NCBI GenBank assembly: GCA_030264375.1 | Contig: JASCQW010000130.1 | Location: 25,388,059 to 25,452,058 of the forward strand | From: Carcharhinus longimanus | Lineage: Eukaryota | DNA length: 64,000 nt | Reading direction: 5' to 3' | Shown here: in pieces, positions 12,960-26,819 of the stretch | How positions within the stretch are numbered: position 1 is the first letter of the stretch | How the letters are laid out: every line of letters begins with the position of its first letter | Notes under the pieces: generated by a model | The model's database searches: none | What the model saw: only the letters and a program-made list of their open reading frames with translations | What the model was told of the DNA's origin: nothing | Made by a program: the position numbers and the translations under genes

Positions 12960-13270
12960 AGGAAGTAGGGACCCCCTTGATTGAGGAGTCAATCTCAAGG
13001 GGGCATACTTTTAGGTAAGGGATAGGAGATTTAGTGGGGGGTTTGAGATTTTTTTCACTCAGAGGGTGGTAGGAATCTGGAATGCACTGCCTGGGAAGAC
13101 AGCGGAGACTGGAAACCTTACAGCCTTTAAAAAATAATTGGATGAGCACTTGAAACATCATAATATTCAAGGAAATCTAATAAGTGCAGGAAAATAGGAT
13201 TAGCGCGCCTTTAGTGGTAGTTATTGTTGGTGCAGCTTTGATGGGCAGAAGTGGCCTTTTCTGCACTGTA
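12960..13270 (+). mobile_element. CR1 LINE 3' end
   Basis: ttcactcagagggtggtaggaatctggaatgcactgcct (FTQRVVGIWNALP) plus tail. Confidence 0.8.
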
Positions 13271-13499
13271 CAGCTCTAGGGTGGGATTTTCCAGCTGTGC
13301 TCACAGCAAAACAGGAAAATCCCAGCTGAGGTCAATGGACCTTTGCACGTTTCCCCCCTCCACCCTTCCCCCCATCCTGCTGCGATTCCCTTGGCGGCCG
13401 GGGCAGAAAAATTCCCCTCTATGACTCTGTGACCCCTCTCTGTAAGAGTCAACATTTCTTCTCCTTCTTGTACATTGAATCATGGAGTCATAACGATAT

Positions 13500-13957
13500 A
13501 CGGTGACATGGTGGCACAGTCGTTAGCACTGCTGCCTTATAGCGCCAGGGATCCATGTTCAATTTCGGCCTCNNNNNNNNNNNNNNNNNNNNNNNNNNNN
13601 NNNNNNNNNNNNNNNNNNNNNNNNNNNNNNNNNNNNNNNNNNNNNNNNNNNNNNNNNNNNNNNNNNNNNNNNATAGCTCGCTCCCTCGTCGGCTCCAACA
13701 CACACTGTTCGAGGAAACTATCCCGGCAGCATTCCAAGAACTCCTCCTCAAGCCCACCGCGTCCAACATGTTGATATATTAAGCTGACCTTTCTCAACCC
13801 CCTATCTGTGACTGGAACACTAGATTCTGCACTCCCTCCTTTCCTTCTCCCCTATGTACTCTATGAACAGTATGTTTTGTCTGTGTTGCGCACAAGGATC
13901 AATACTTTTCACTGCATCCCAATACATGTGACAATAATAAATCAGATCCAATCAGAT
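13500..13957. mobile_element. Cluster: HE1 head (+, 13500-13572), CR1 endonuclease fragment (-, 13673-13770), Rex/Babar tail (+, 13775-13957)
   Basis: SINE A/B boxes; EEEFLECCRDSFLEQCVLEPTRERA; tgtgacaataataaatc. Confidence 0.7.
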
Positions 13958-14019
13958 CTCTGTTATTGAAGTGGTGATTTACCTTATACAATATTCAAAG
14001 TAAGAAGTCTCAACTCCAA

Positions 14020-14105
14020 ATTCCAACAGGTTTATTTGGAATCACAGGCTTTCGGAACGCTACTCCTTCAACAGGTGACAGCAGTGCTCTGAAAGCTCGT
14101 GATCC
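14020..14105. mobile_element. Penelope-like family A fold-back remnant
   Basis: ccaacaggtttatttgg; minus strand tcacCTGTTGAAggagtagcgttccGAAAgcctgtga; followed by an inverted partial copy. Confidence 0.55.
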
Positions 14106-14784
14106 CATTTTCAAAGTTAACTCTCACCACCATACCTCTCAGTTTGCAGCTTCCAACACAAAAAGGCAGAATTTGAGTGTACTTAGGATATACAAGCAGT
14201 CTTGCAATTCCAATAACCAAGCTGATTTTGAGGAGTCTTGCCCACAGTTCTCAGGAGGGACACTGTCTTACACTTGGGGGCGGTCGCCTGATTAATAAGG
14301 GATGGGTGAGAGGTATGCCTGCAGCTACGTTGGCTTTTGAGGGACCTCCCAAAACTGGGAGTTGTGAGTTATTACCTGCTCTTCTTCTTCGCTCCCTGTC
14401 CCACCTAAAGTCAGGGAGCTATGATTCTTCTAAGGGTCTGAGTACTGTGGGATGGAATTAGGAAAAGGTTCAGTCAAAGATGGCAAATAAAAACGGACAA
14501 AACGATACAGAATAAAATTAAGATTCTGCTAACATTAACAATAGGATATAACTTAAGAAGACCATGCAAAAAAAAAAGGGTTAGGAAATCTGATATAGTC
14601 TATATGGTCTGTCTGCCATAGTTACCAAGATAGGTTCAATGCGCTGGTGTTCTATATATCAGAGAAGCAGAAACCAAAGGTGATTTGATTGCCATATATA
14701 AGGCGATATTGGGACTAGATTGTGGTTGTGCAGAGGGTTTGTTTCAACTCAATAGGTTGGGGAGGATGAACAGTCACAATCCCG

Positions 14785-15080
14785 GGCGTCACACTGGTTA
14801 GTACAGCTGCCTCACACCACCAGGGACCCGTGTTCAATTCCGGCCTTGGGTAACTGTGTGGAATTTGCATTCTCCCTGAGTCTGCCTGGGTTCCCTCCGG
14901 GTGCTCCGGTTTCCTCCCACAGTCCAAAGATGTGCAGATTAGTTTGATTGACCACGATAAATTGCCCCTTAGTGTCAGGGGGGAATTAGGAGTGTAAATA
15001 TGCAGGGTTACAGGGGTGGGACCTGGATGGGATTATTGCTGGTGCAGACCTCTACTGCACAGTAAATTTTATGATTCTAT
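14785..15080 (+). mobile_element. HE1-type SINE with CR1 tail
   Basis: Head, V-domain and tail present. Confidence 0.85.
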
Positions 15081-16214
15081 TCAGCATGGAAACAGGCCCT
15101 TCAGCCCAACTTGTCCATGCCTTCTTCTGATGATAACAACACTCCTTTCTCCCAGGTCACACCTCATAATCTCAGGCATGCCAAGTGGTTTGAAGTGGGT
15201 GAAGTGGTCCTTCACTATGCTGCCTGGGAACTTCAGCTGGTCCTGCAGGTCACTGTTCTCAGGAAAATGATGTTGAAGACCCAGCATTGAGTGGGCTTCA
15301 GGCCGAACCACTTGCAGCGCTGCACTCGCTCTCTGTGCCCAGGCCAGTAAAATGATGCTGGGAGGAGAGGTCACAACGCAATTTCACTCTTTACCACTGA
15401 ATAACAATGGTTCTATTTCAATGATATTAATGAATTGACTCTTGGAGCAGTAGATTGCATGTTTGGCTTTCAAAGGCCTTAATTTATATTATAATGATTC
15501 ACTGTGACCTTTAAGATATGTTTTATCTTCAACTTTGCCAAATGCAGGATACTGAAGTCAGAAAGTCTCAAAAAAAGAGCAAAAGTACGAAGGTGTTTCA
15601 GGTATCTTGATTGATATTCTTTAGTGATTATTCTTGTGCTCATCAAAGTGAGAAACGTCATTTCTGGAGAATGGAACATGTTTCCATCGAATATCGGTGC
15701 GAATAACTCCGCAGCTCAGGCTTAACACAGAGCAACTGCATATTAAAATTGTCTGCTGCCAATTGATGAAGTACATTTCAGAAGATTGGTCCTATTTCAC
15801 TATTTTTTTAATTTCCCGCTTCATCCATCCTCATGGCCTTTTGGTGTGAGATTGCCAATTTATGGGTAGCTTTGTACCGTCGATCCAGTTCTGCTTGGCA
15901 TTGTGATTTTTTTAAAAACTAATTGCGTGCATGACCTATGCAATCAGCAGAAAGAGAATATCTTTATCATATTAGCCTGGACCGGATGTGAACCAGTGTG
16001 CTAGACATGAAAGGGCAGTCTGGTTAACCACTGCACAACAATATCCCTTCAATTAAGAGCATTTTTTGAACTTTTCACTGCAATGACAGCACTTTTACAA
16101 AAAGCTAATCAGCATAAAGTGAGAAGAGAGAAGTTCCCAAACTGATTTACAACGTTGGCTATGTGGCATCACAACAATCAACTTCCAGCGATAAGCAGGA
16201 ATTGCATTTTAACG

Positions 16215-16580
16215 GAGCAGAGGTGATGGCCTAGTGAAATTATTGCTACACTATCAATCCAAAAACTCAACTATTGTTCTGGGGACAATAGAAACCCGCC
16301 ATGGCATACAGTGAAATTTGAATTCAACAAAAGATATCTGGAATTCAGAATCTACTGATGACAATGAAACCATTGTCGATTGTCGGAAAAACCTATCTGG
16401 TTCACTAATGTCCTTTAGGGAAGGAAATCTGCCTTCCTTGCCTGGTTGGGCCTACATGTGACTTCAGAGCTACACCAATGTGGTTGACTTTCAAGTGCCC
16501 TCTGAACACAGGCAGATGGGGATGGGCAATAAATGCTGACCACCCAGCGACAGCCATGTCCCACGAATGAATTAAAAAAA
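16215..16580 (+). mobile_element. tRNA-derived SINE family 2
   Basis: tggcctagtg A-box, tctggttcactaatgtcctttagggaaggaaatctgcc core, gggcaataaatgctg tail and A-run. Confidence 0.8.
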
Positions 16581-16966
16581 GCATTTTATGTCTGATATAT
16601 CTGTAATGTTGAAAACCAAGGCCAACATTTTATTGGGCATGGGGTTGAGGAAGCCCCAGTGTTGGAATCATATATAAATTCTGGGCCAGCACAACCAGGC
16701 AGCAGGATCACATCAGCTATTTACTGGGAGGCCACCTCCTAACTGATCGCAGCAAGGCCTCTGTCCAATTGAGGATGCCGGGAAGGCTGTCCATGGCTGG
16801 CCCAATCAGAGGGCCTCAGTAGTGTCGCTGAGAGAGACGGATGCTGCTGAGGCAGACTGGAGACCACAAGAGTACCTCAACATAGAGATGTCTTTGGGAA
16901 GGTAACTGAAGGCAACAGGTACTGCTGATCAGATGGAAATTGCTTGCATCAGCAGCACTGAGGAAA

Positions 16967-17310
16967 TTTTTTTTTTTTAATTCCTTCACAGGATGTAGGG
17001 GCCACTGGCTGGGCCAGCATTTATTGCCCATCCCTGAGGGCATTTAAGAGTCGATCACTTTGCTGTGAGTCTGGAGTAACATGTAGGCCAGACCAGGTAA
17101 GAGTGGTTGATTTCCCTCCCTAAAGAGCATTAATGAAGCACATATTGTTTTTCTGACAATCAACAATGAGGTTTCATTATACTTTTAATTCCAGATTTTT
17201 TTTGAATTCAAAATTCACCATCTGCCATGGGGGGATTCAAACCCGGATCCCCAGAGTATTACACTGAGTCTTTTGGATTAGCTTTCCAGTGATAATACCA
17301 CTACTTCACT
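16967..17310 (-). mobile_element. tRNA-derived SINE family 2
   Basis: Reverse complement of the 16215 copy. Confidence 0.8.
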
Positions 17311-17521
17311 GCCTTCCTTGCATGTATGACTTTTCCTCTGGCTTTCCTCTCCCTGTGCCAAAGAGCTTCCAGCTCCGAAATCTCTCAGAAAGCTTGCAGG
17401 AGGATGCTTCAGTGCAGCCACCATTCAATGGACAGCATTCCCAGCGCTCAGCTTGCTGGCTGGGAAATGTCCTTAACAGTGTGATCATATCTAGGCACTG
17501 TCCTGCAGTGGCTCCTTGCGC

Positions 17522-17840
17522 AGCATGGCGGCACAATGGTTAGCACTGGTCCCTCACAGCGCCAGGGACTAGGGTTCATCTCCCGCCTTGGGTCATTTTC
17601 TGTATGGTGCTTGCACATTTTCCCTGTGTCTGTGTAGGTTTGCTCCGAGTGCTCCAGTTACCTCCCACACTCCAAAGATGCACGGGCTGTGTGGATTGGC
17701 CATGGTAAATTGTCCCCTAGTGTTTTGGGGACAAGCAGGGTAAATAAATGGGGTTACAGGGATGGGGCCTGCATGGGATTGCTGTCGGTGCGGGCTTGAT
17801 GGGTTGAATAGCCTCCTTCTGCACTATAGGAATTCTATTA
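17522..17840 (+). mobile_element. HE1-type SINE with CR1 tail
   Basis: Full head-to-tail match. Confidence 0.85.
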
Positions 17841-19200
17841 AATTCTTTATTCCCAATACCAACGCCAACCACTCCCCATCCCCCCAACCAAATGCCGAGG
17901 AAAATAATGCATGTCTGTCAGCAAATAGGTTTAAATTATTCATTTGACTGGTTTCAATTCCAGTTAATTCCCAAGACAACAATTATTTCCAAAGTCAATA
18001 AAGTGAAGGAAAATGTGTGAGATATTTCCAAGCTGAGAATACTATAAAGTGACATCCAATTATACAGAAAACATTAGGCTATGCCCTCCATTAAGAGTCT
18101 GTGTTTACTTATTTTTTACCTTCCATCCTTCTCTTTTTCCAATTGCAGCTAAGCAGACAGGCAGAAAACCTCTACAAACATTGTTCTGAATTAGCCAGCA
18201 GGAGGTGTGTGAGACTGGGCCAGGGACCACTCTCCCTATTTTCCCTCCCTTTCTCTGAAAAGGCAGTGTTATTCCCTTGGGACCTGCAAATAACGATGTG
18301 GCTCAAGTGAAGAAGTGCAGTGAAGGGTTAAAGGTGAAAGGCACCGCTGTTCAGCTCTACACCACTGTTGGATGCATTACGTTGCCATTGCATATCACCC
18401 TCCCTTTTTCTTCTTCAAATAGTGTCATGGGACGCTTTACATCAAGGGTAAACATAGCTGTGATTTAATATCTCAATCAAAGTTCGGTGCCTCCTACAAT
18501 GCCACACTCTCTCAGNNNNNNNNNNNNNNNNNNNNNNNNNNNNNNNNNNNNNNNNNNNNNNNNNNNNNNNNNNNNNGGGCAAAAATGTTACCACTGAACC
18601 AGGGTTAACATCTGAAAGGTTATAGTTGGATGTGGATCTTTTTTAAAACCTTCTTCCGTTGTACGTTTCTGACACTTTCAGATTTTATTTGCTTTTAGGA
18701 TCAGGATTAGAGTTAATGTTAGTAATATATCTTCATCAATAGTGAATTGAGATGGTAAATAAGTACATCTCAGATTGATATTCAAGGCAATGTGTGCTCT
18801 TGCTGAGTGTCTGGTCTATTTTAGGTTTCCTGGTGTGAGAAGTGGGGCAGGATTTTATGTTTTGCTTGGGACCCAGATGTTAGTGTCAAATGATCCTGCA
18901 CTGCGTCAGGAGTGGTCACCCAGCATTGATTTTGCTAATTAGTGGCCAGAGGGCATGCTGACCAACCATTAAAGATGGTGGGTTGGCAGGTGGGTTGTCA
19001 CAAGTGGAAGGCCACTAGGTGTCTTTCCAATATGAAAGGAACTGCAACCTGCCATTGTAGGTAAGGGAGAGCCTCAATCTTGAGACTTTCTCCCTACACA
19101 TTAAAAATGCTTGAAATGAAAGAAAAGATGTCCTCAATCGCTGGGTCAGCATTGTGGAGGAGGGATTCCAGCAAAGGGTGTCCAGCAGCCACAACTGCAT

Positions 19201-19414
19201 CAAGATAGTCAGTGTGGGAAGGAGGCCTCATGGTTTGTCTGGTAAACTGGTACCCTAGTCTAGAGGCAGNNNNNNNNNNACTGCCTGTTAAGAAGTCAGT
19301 TAAGGAAATTGTTTAGAGGCTAACTAGCGTCAGGAGCACAGCAGGCTGCCTCTAGACTAGGGTATCAGTGTACCAGACAAACCGTGAGGCCTCCTTCCCA
19401 CACTGACTATCTTG
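19201..19414. repeat. Inverted repeat with 69-bp arms
   Basis: 19201-19269 is the reverse complement of 19346-19414 with a few mismatches; spacer contains a 10-N gap. Confidence 0.75.
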
Positions 19415-21199
19415 TTGTGTGGGTAGGTGACTGTTCCAATCCCCATCCACCCTCCAGCAGAACACTTGGGATGGAATGGTACCAGAACATCAGCCAATGT
19501 CATAAAATCCTGCGCCCTCTCAGCCTGATTCCTACCCTCCATATCACGCCAAAAGTCCTGCTTGTGTTGTCGGCAACAATTATGTTCAAATCATCTAACA
19601 ATTGCAAGGAATTATCATTAACAAATCTGTTGTTATTTTTATTTCAATATCAAATGTCGATGTCTTTATCTGAATAACCACCTTGGAGACTGTTGGAGCA
19701 CCGCAGTACATGGGAAGCTGATTTAACATCAGTACCGAGAAAGTCATTAACCTTGGTTGCTTACGATATGCAGTGAGGTCAAAACAATATCTAAATCATT
19801 AAACTGACACTGTCATCCGTATTCATCAATATATACAGAATAAAAACACATCAACAAAAGAAGCAGGAAAAGGGGTTTCATTTGCTCTGAATTAACTGGC
19901 TATTAGATAGGTTTATCCTTTTTCCAATCCCATGCTCACAAAAACATACAGGTTTACTTACAGAATATTCCCTGCAAGAGCACAGAAAGTGCTAAAGCTG
20001 GGGTTTGGACATTAATGTGTATTAGAATATTAGAAATATTTAGTCTTAAGGGTGCATGGGCAAGAGTTACTAAGCTTGCAATTAACAAAAAAACTCGTAG
20101 CTACTCCCACCTCTCCCCCTCCCCCCTCCAATAAGCAATTAGCAAATTCTGTTGCCCTGACACAACTGGGCAATTAAATCTAAAAAGGATCAATGATAAT
20201 TTCTTGTTACACAATAAAACTTGTCCCAATGATAATACTCTCCCTTTAAAGTATTTAGTTATTTATTTATACCTCTTTAATTTGGGACAGAATTTCACCT
20301 AATCTCTTGTCAAAAATCATTGTATATATAATCATTTGTGTGTGTCTTTCACAGAGCAAAGGGCTGCACTGCTTTGAATGGTTAACAGACACAAAATCTG
20401 GGTTTTTTGTAAGAGTGAGTGGTTCTCCCAGCTATTTATTCCTTTCTGTGATACACCCAGGCAATGTTTAATGCACAGGTTGTAAAGGAAAAAAAACTAT
20501 CTCTTGAAACCTCATTCAAGCCAAAACATTAAGTTCAACTCTTATCCTATTGTATGAATGTGAACAATTTTTGAGATTTAATATCTTTCTCTCCACTCTG
20601 TGGCAGCTTGATTTGCCAAGTTAAATCTTATTTCTGTCATTCAAAAAATTTTTGGCCTCCTTCTGTTGTATTTGGGGAAGATGATCTTCATCACAGATGG
20701 AAAGAAAAATGGCAAATGTTAGGAATTGGGAACAAGATCAAAAATGACTGTAGATATAACAGATTTTCAGTATCAGACAGAAGAAACATGCTAATTTTTG
20801 AGTGCAGCCCAGACAGAACTGATGAAGGATCGACACCTGAAAGGTTTGTTTCATAAAAACCTTCTCTTTGTAAATGTACAGCACACTCTGCCTTTCATCA
20901 TTGTCTGCCACACCAGTGGGCTTTGAACTTGCAGGTGACATCCTCAAGGCTAGAGAAATTGAGCTCCCTCTCCACTAGCCAGCTGCTGTGTACTTGCAGC
21001 AGTTCTGATTTGAATTCAGTTTTTTATTCCTGGTCTGCACTTGCATAATGTATGTTGCCCCACTCTCAGCCATCTGCCAGTGACAACACTGTAATGGCTA
21101 ATAGGCTGATGCATAAGAATGACTCAGTTTCAATTGCCATTCTGAGGACATGTAAAACCTCCATTCAATGTTTTCTTTCAATTTACCGTGACCTAGGAA

Positions 21200-23080
21200 C
21201 TAACCATGTGGTTTTGTGAAAAAAGAGTCGATATGGAGGAATGCCTGAATTTGCTAAAATCCTTTGAGGAAGTAATAGACTGTTGACAATAGAAATTTTG
21301 TGATGTGCTACATTTAGATATCAATAGACCATTCAGACTGTGTCACAGAAGCAATTAGTTCAGAAGGTAGCAAGTTGAATAAGAGGCATTTGCTGAAGTG
21401 AATCGACAATTGGCTAAATCAGATAGAGAGTGCCTGTGAATGGAACTGTGCCACATGGCACAAGACTTGTTCACAGGAATGCAAGATCAGGGCTGGAAGC
21501 ATCATTTTGACTGTGTGCATGAATGACTTGGAGCTTGTAGTATAAACCTTGTTATGTAAAATTGCAGAGAATACCAAGTCGGAATAGGTAGAATTTCGAA
21601 ATTTGGGGAAGCAATGGCCTTGTGGTATTATCGTTAAACTGTTAATCCAGAAACCTGGACCTGGATTCAAATCCCCTCATGGCAGATGGTGGAATTTGAA
21701 CTCAATAGAAAAAAAAATCTGAAATTAAGAATCTACCGACGACCATGAAACCATTATCGATTATCGGAAAAATCCATCTGGTTAACTAATGCCTTTTAGG
21801 GAAGAAAATCTGCCATCCTTACCTGGTCTGGCCTACATTTGTGTCTAGAGCCACAGTAATGTGGTTGACTGTCAACTGTCCTTGGGCAACTGTGTATGGG
21901 CAATAAATGCTGGCAAGCCAGTGACATCCATGTCCTATGAATGAATAAAAGCAAGAATAAAATATTATGTTTCAAATAAACCAAATGCTAAAAGATCTGG
22001 ATAGGTTGGGAAGGTGCACTGGTGAGCAGCAAAGAATATTTAATTTGGATTTGTGCAAGTTAATGAGACAAAGGAACGGAAACAAATGATGGGAAAATAT
22101 GTTGACTCTGGAATTGCTGATAGCTTGCTGAGAACCAATGGTGTATTGTGTGACAGCAGAAAGGGAACTAACCTGATTTTGTGGTGTATAATCAATATGG
22201 GGGTACTGGGGGGAGGGGGCATTCAACACAACTTTCAAGAGGTGATAATGAATCCATATAAAGCACCGGAAGGTCACATTGCAAGTAAGATATGCAATTC
22301 CGGTCATTGCACTGCAGCAAGGATATATCTAGACACTGGAAATAGTGCAGAAAAGAGCAACTGGAATTATAGTTCAGGTATGCGGGCTGCCTGGATAAAC
22401 TGAACCCCGGTAATATGGTCAAGACCACCACTAACTCCAAGAACAGGGACACTAGCTTAATCTTGGAAGAGCAAAGTTTCATACATTGTTTGGGAACATA
22501 GGAACAGGAGTGGGTCATTCAGCCCATCGAGCCTGTTCCAGCATTCAATATGATCATGGCTGAACACTTCAATATCTTTAACGGTGCATAAATTGTAAAT
22601 TAGAAATCTAGCAATTCCTACTGCAAACACACTCAAAGACAGAGCTTCCACAGTGCTCTGGGATAGAGAATTCCAAAGATTCACAACCATCTCCTCAACT
22701 TGGTCCTAATTGGCATCCCCTTTATTTTGAAATTGTGCCCCCTGCTCTAGACTCCCCAGCCAAGGGAAAGATCTTATCTGCATTCATCCTGCCTGTACCT
22801 TTAAGTATTTTGTAGGTTTCAATGAGATCACCTCTCATTCTTCAAAACTCAGGCCCCATTCACCCAACTTCTCTTCATTTCTCAGTTTCTCCATGGAACA
22901 GGTCTGGTCAGCATTGCTCTCCCTCTAAGGCACATAGACATAATTACTTTGCACAAAAGATTGATAGGACAGGATAAAGTTCCCAGAGTTGGGGCAGATA
23001 GAACTGGAAGATTTAGCATTTAGAAGGTAAATTAGTTAATACTTGAAAAAGAGAATAATAGAGGCTTACGAAACAGGCCA
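21200..23080 (+). mobile_element. Old CR1 fragment interrupted by SINE family 2 (21608-21950, +) and a younger CR1 3' end (22494-22930, -)
   Basis: Decayed RT motifs (DV.YLD, NDL, KIAENTK) with nested insertions. Confidence 0.6.
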
Positions 23081-25260
23081 TGGATTGCAAAGTCTTTTGA
23101 CAGTTCCATACTTTCTTCTGTAACATTGGGAGACAAGACCATGGTTAACATAGTATCAGAAAAGGAAACTAATAAGGTTTTATTCAACAATAATCAATTG
23201 TGTTTTACAGTACAATTATTACCTCTCATCATTTCATGTGCAGTGATCATTACTGGAATTTTCACATCCCAAATGTAATAATCCACTTCAGTAAAATTAA
23301 AAGCAATAAGTCACTAAGCTGAATTATTGCTTGTGGTCCACACAACACTATTCTTGTTCCTTAGCTCAAGTGAAAAGAAACATTTAGTATGCGGTTTGAG
23401 AGTTATGGGCCTAATTCGGTGTTGAAAGAAAAGTGTTAATGCAGTTGAACATATTAAATTTTTAGCCTTAGGATTACATGATTAAAGATAATAACACAAA
23501 AGTAGCCAGCTGCCTTCATATGACCATGGTAATCACTTACAATGCAGATAAAATTTCATGTAAAACCGTCATTAAAGCCGTGGCGAATGTGATGGATTTT
23601 TTAAATTTTGGTCGCGGGCTGCAATTGTAATTGTGTCAATTTTTCAAAAGTGGAAAATGATGACAGAGTGATTTCTAATATTAAGACCGAGAACTTTTTG
23701 ATTAACTTTTAAAGCCATAATTTAATCATGCCATAGGAACTTTAACTATTTAAAATTCCAATGGTATTTCTGAATATATTATGTCGAGAAATGCCGCAGG
23801 AGTCTTCAAATACTTAAAGCTACCATTGCCATGATAAGATTACATGAGAGCTTTATGAGTGTATTCAGAGAAGGCTTTGAATTAAAGAGGTACTGTGAGT
23901 TTCAGGTTGGTTAAAGAGGCTTTTGCTGTTAAACAATTTCTATGATCTAGCTTTGAAAGATTGCCCTGTGTAGTGGCTGCTTTCCTTACTAATCTGGTGG
24001 ATCAGTGCTGGGGTCTATAGGGCTGCTGAAGGCGGAGAAATAAAGTATGTGTGTAGGGATCAGCTTTCTGCATTTCTTTCACAGCAACTGGCCCCCTTAA
24101 GCCAGCGGAATATTTATAGACCTATATTTTTGTGTGTGCCTGAGATTCTGCCTATTTCCAGAGCCTTCCCTATGTTGTGAAGTGCAGCCAAGGGAGGAGG
24201 GACTAACCCATTGTCACAGGCTGAATATCTATACTGTGAAAAGGCATTATATATCAAGCAAAACTTTGCTAAATTCAAAATAGTTCTCAGACCTGAAGAA
24301 AATGTTCAAACAAGACCTCTCTGGTGATCAGTTTCCATACACTATCATGAAATGTATTCAACCTGTTTGGTTTCTTGAAGGAAAATGTTACATTAATGCT
24401 CCCTGTGATCGTGCAAAACTCAGGCACATATATTCTCATTATTCAGAGCATGGGCGATATCTCATCCAGGCTGCATTCATCCCATCCCATCTAATCCGAC
24501 AGTTACTTTTGCCTATAGCTAACCCCATAAGAGATAACTTGTCTTTCAGCCCAGGTGCCATGGGCCAAATAGCTTCCTTCTCTCCTGTTTCATTTTATGA
24601 CTTTATATTGATCTGCTTGGATTCTACTCCACAATAATACAATATGAGGGAAAAGGAAAATCTTCTAATTTCTCGTCTGATCTGCGATTTATTAATTTTG
24701 ACCCTGTGCCTCTGGTTCCTCATTCACAATTCAAGTCAAATAGCTGCCTTATATCCACATTACCTATAACCCTCTGCATCTCAAATATATAGATCGTATC
24801 CCCTTCTGACCAATCTTCTTCCAAATGAAAGTAAAGGTCAGCACTGGGGTTTTTCCTCATGAGTAACAGTCCTTTATGTCAGTCAGTGAGTTAGGTTTCT
24901 GTTTAAACTAAAAGGAAGCTGTCAAGTTCAGCATGAAATTGACTTTCTTACTGAAAGTAATGACAGTAAGTGCAGGAAGGAAGAACCTTCAGAGGTTTGA
25001 ATTGAATAGTAGTATTGGAGTAGAGTGAAATGTCTGATTGCCATATTGCACTGATCCTGGCAGTGTGATCTTCAATTTGATGAATTGCTCAAATAGCAAA
25101 ATTTTAAAAAGAGAACTTGAAGTTAAATTGTAGGGGGCATTACCACACACTTCATTGTGGGCAAAAATTCTTTTCCAGTAAATGGAAAACACTATGTTTA
25201 AAACAAGATTATGTGAAAATGTTTTCCGACAAGATGTGTTTTCTTATTCATAAAAGTAGG

Positions 25261-25674
25261 AGTAGATGTTATTAATGTATAAAACTGCTTGTATATAACA
25301 ATCAGAAGAGGAACTAGTCCTGTGTGTGTGCTATGTTAATGATGTCAAGCATATTAAGTTAAAACATACGTGGAGAGCAACACAAATTCATTTACTCAGT
25401 AACCGACATCACCAAAAACACAATAGATTGCATGTGATTAAGATATAAACCCAATCAGTGGGGGTAACATCTCACTGCGGCATGTTGCAACTGAACTGTG
25501 CAAGGAACTGACAATCTCACAGCACTGCTTCTGAGAGGAGTTATAAAAATTTTGAAAGATTTTGGCATTGAAGAAAAGAGAGCAAAGAAGTGATACCACC
25601 ATGTAATGTTGAAGGCTGAATAAAGTTTTATACGATTGTACCACAACTCCAGTGCAAGTCTCGTGAGTGTAATA
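25261..25674 (+). mobile_element. Solo LTR (family B, copy 2)
   Basis: Collinear, clearly diverged homolog of 10069-10495 with the same boundaries; termini decayed (AG.../...TA). Confidence 0.7.
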
Positions 25675-25941
25675 ATACGGAAGTACTTCCAGGAAAACTC
25701 AGTGACAGTACCTATACATGAGTCCTTAATGCCTGCAATGAGGATTAAACTTGGGGACATACACCATTCACCAGCAGTGACATTCCTGACCTTTATAGGA
25801 TAACATACATTGTATCAGAATGTTAGTGTGGGGTTTTTTTTATAAGGGTGAATTGGCACTCCATTTGTGCTTTTATACAAGAAAGCCTTGATCCAAGTGA
25901 TTGGGAATGGAATTAAATAATTTTGATTTGGTTTCTTGAGG

Positions 25942-26390
25942 TGGTGGCGTAGTGGCATTGTCACTGGAATAGTAATCCAGACACCCAGGGTGAGAGCCTG
26001 GCAGATGGTGAAATTTGAATTCAATAAAAATAACCTGAAATTCAAAGTCTAATGAAGGCCATGAAACCAGTGTCGATTGCCATAAAAACACATCTGATTC
26101 ACTAATGGCTTTTAGGGAAGGGAATCTGTAATCTTTACCTGGTCAGGCCAACATGTGACTCCAGTACCACCGTGGGAGTGGGATACTGAAGGGGAAGGTC
26201 AGCCATGATCATATTGAATGGTGATGCAGGCTCAAAGGCTGAATGGCCTACTCCTGCACCTATTTTCTATGTAACGTGGTTGACTCTTTACTGCCCTCTG
26301 CAGTGCCACTCAGTTCAAGGGCAATTAGAGATGGGCAACAGATGCTGGCCTAGCCAGCGATGCCAAGATCCCATAAGGATTTTTACAAAA
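25942..26390 (+). mobile_element. SINE family 2 with a nested CR1 3' tail (26172-26272)
   Basis: SINE core resumes (gtggttgactc) after the CR1 tail ggctgaatggcctactcctgcacctattttctatgt. Confidence 0.75.
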
Positions 26391-26819
26391 ATTATGTTGC
26401 TATCCCTTCAAGCCATGAAAATTTACTAAGTATAGTTCATTATGAATGAAAGTCATGCTTTAAAAAACATTTTAGTGTTTGCATTGTAACATATTAAGGC
26501 TAATAATTACTGTTGAACAAGCATTCATAGGATATTTTCTCTGCTGTTTTAACACAGGCATTTAAACTAATGCTTTTAAATGAGTTAATGTAGGCACTAC
26601 AGTAATGGATAGAGGGATACCATACAAATCTATTAAGTGTTCCTCCACTGGTATTACCAACAATAATTTCTAGGTTATAGTATCTGCTAAAAAATAACAT
26701 TCCTCCCAGAATGAGCATGGAAGCATTGAAGTAGGTTATATGAGGAGCTGAGATTTTCATCATAAGATGACGTATAACTTTAAAGATATTTTGTCTCTGC
26801 CACAGCAAATATCAGTCGG

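Noticed and set aside
10496-25260. Internal region of a 15-kb provirus between the two family B LTRs
   Set aside because: No PBS and no gag/pol; copy 1 sits within a continuous CR1 fragment.
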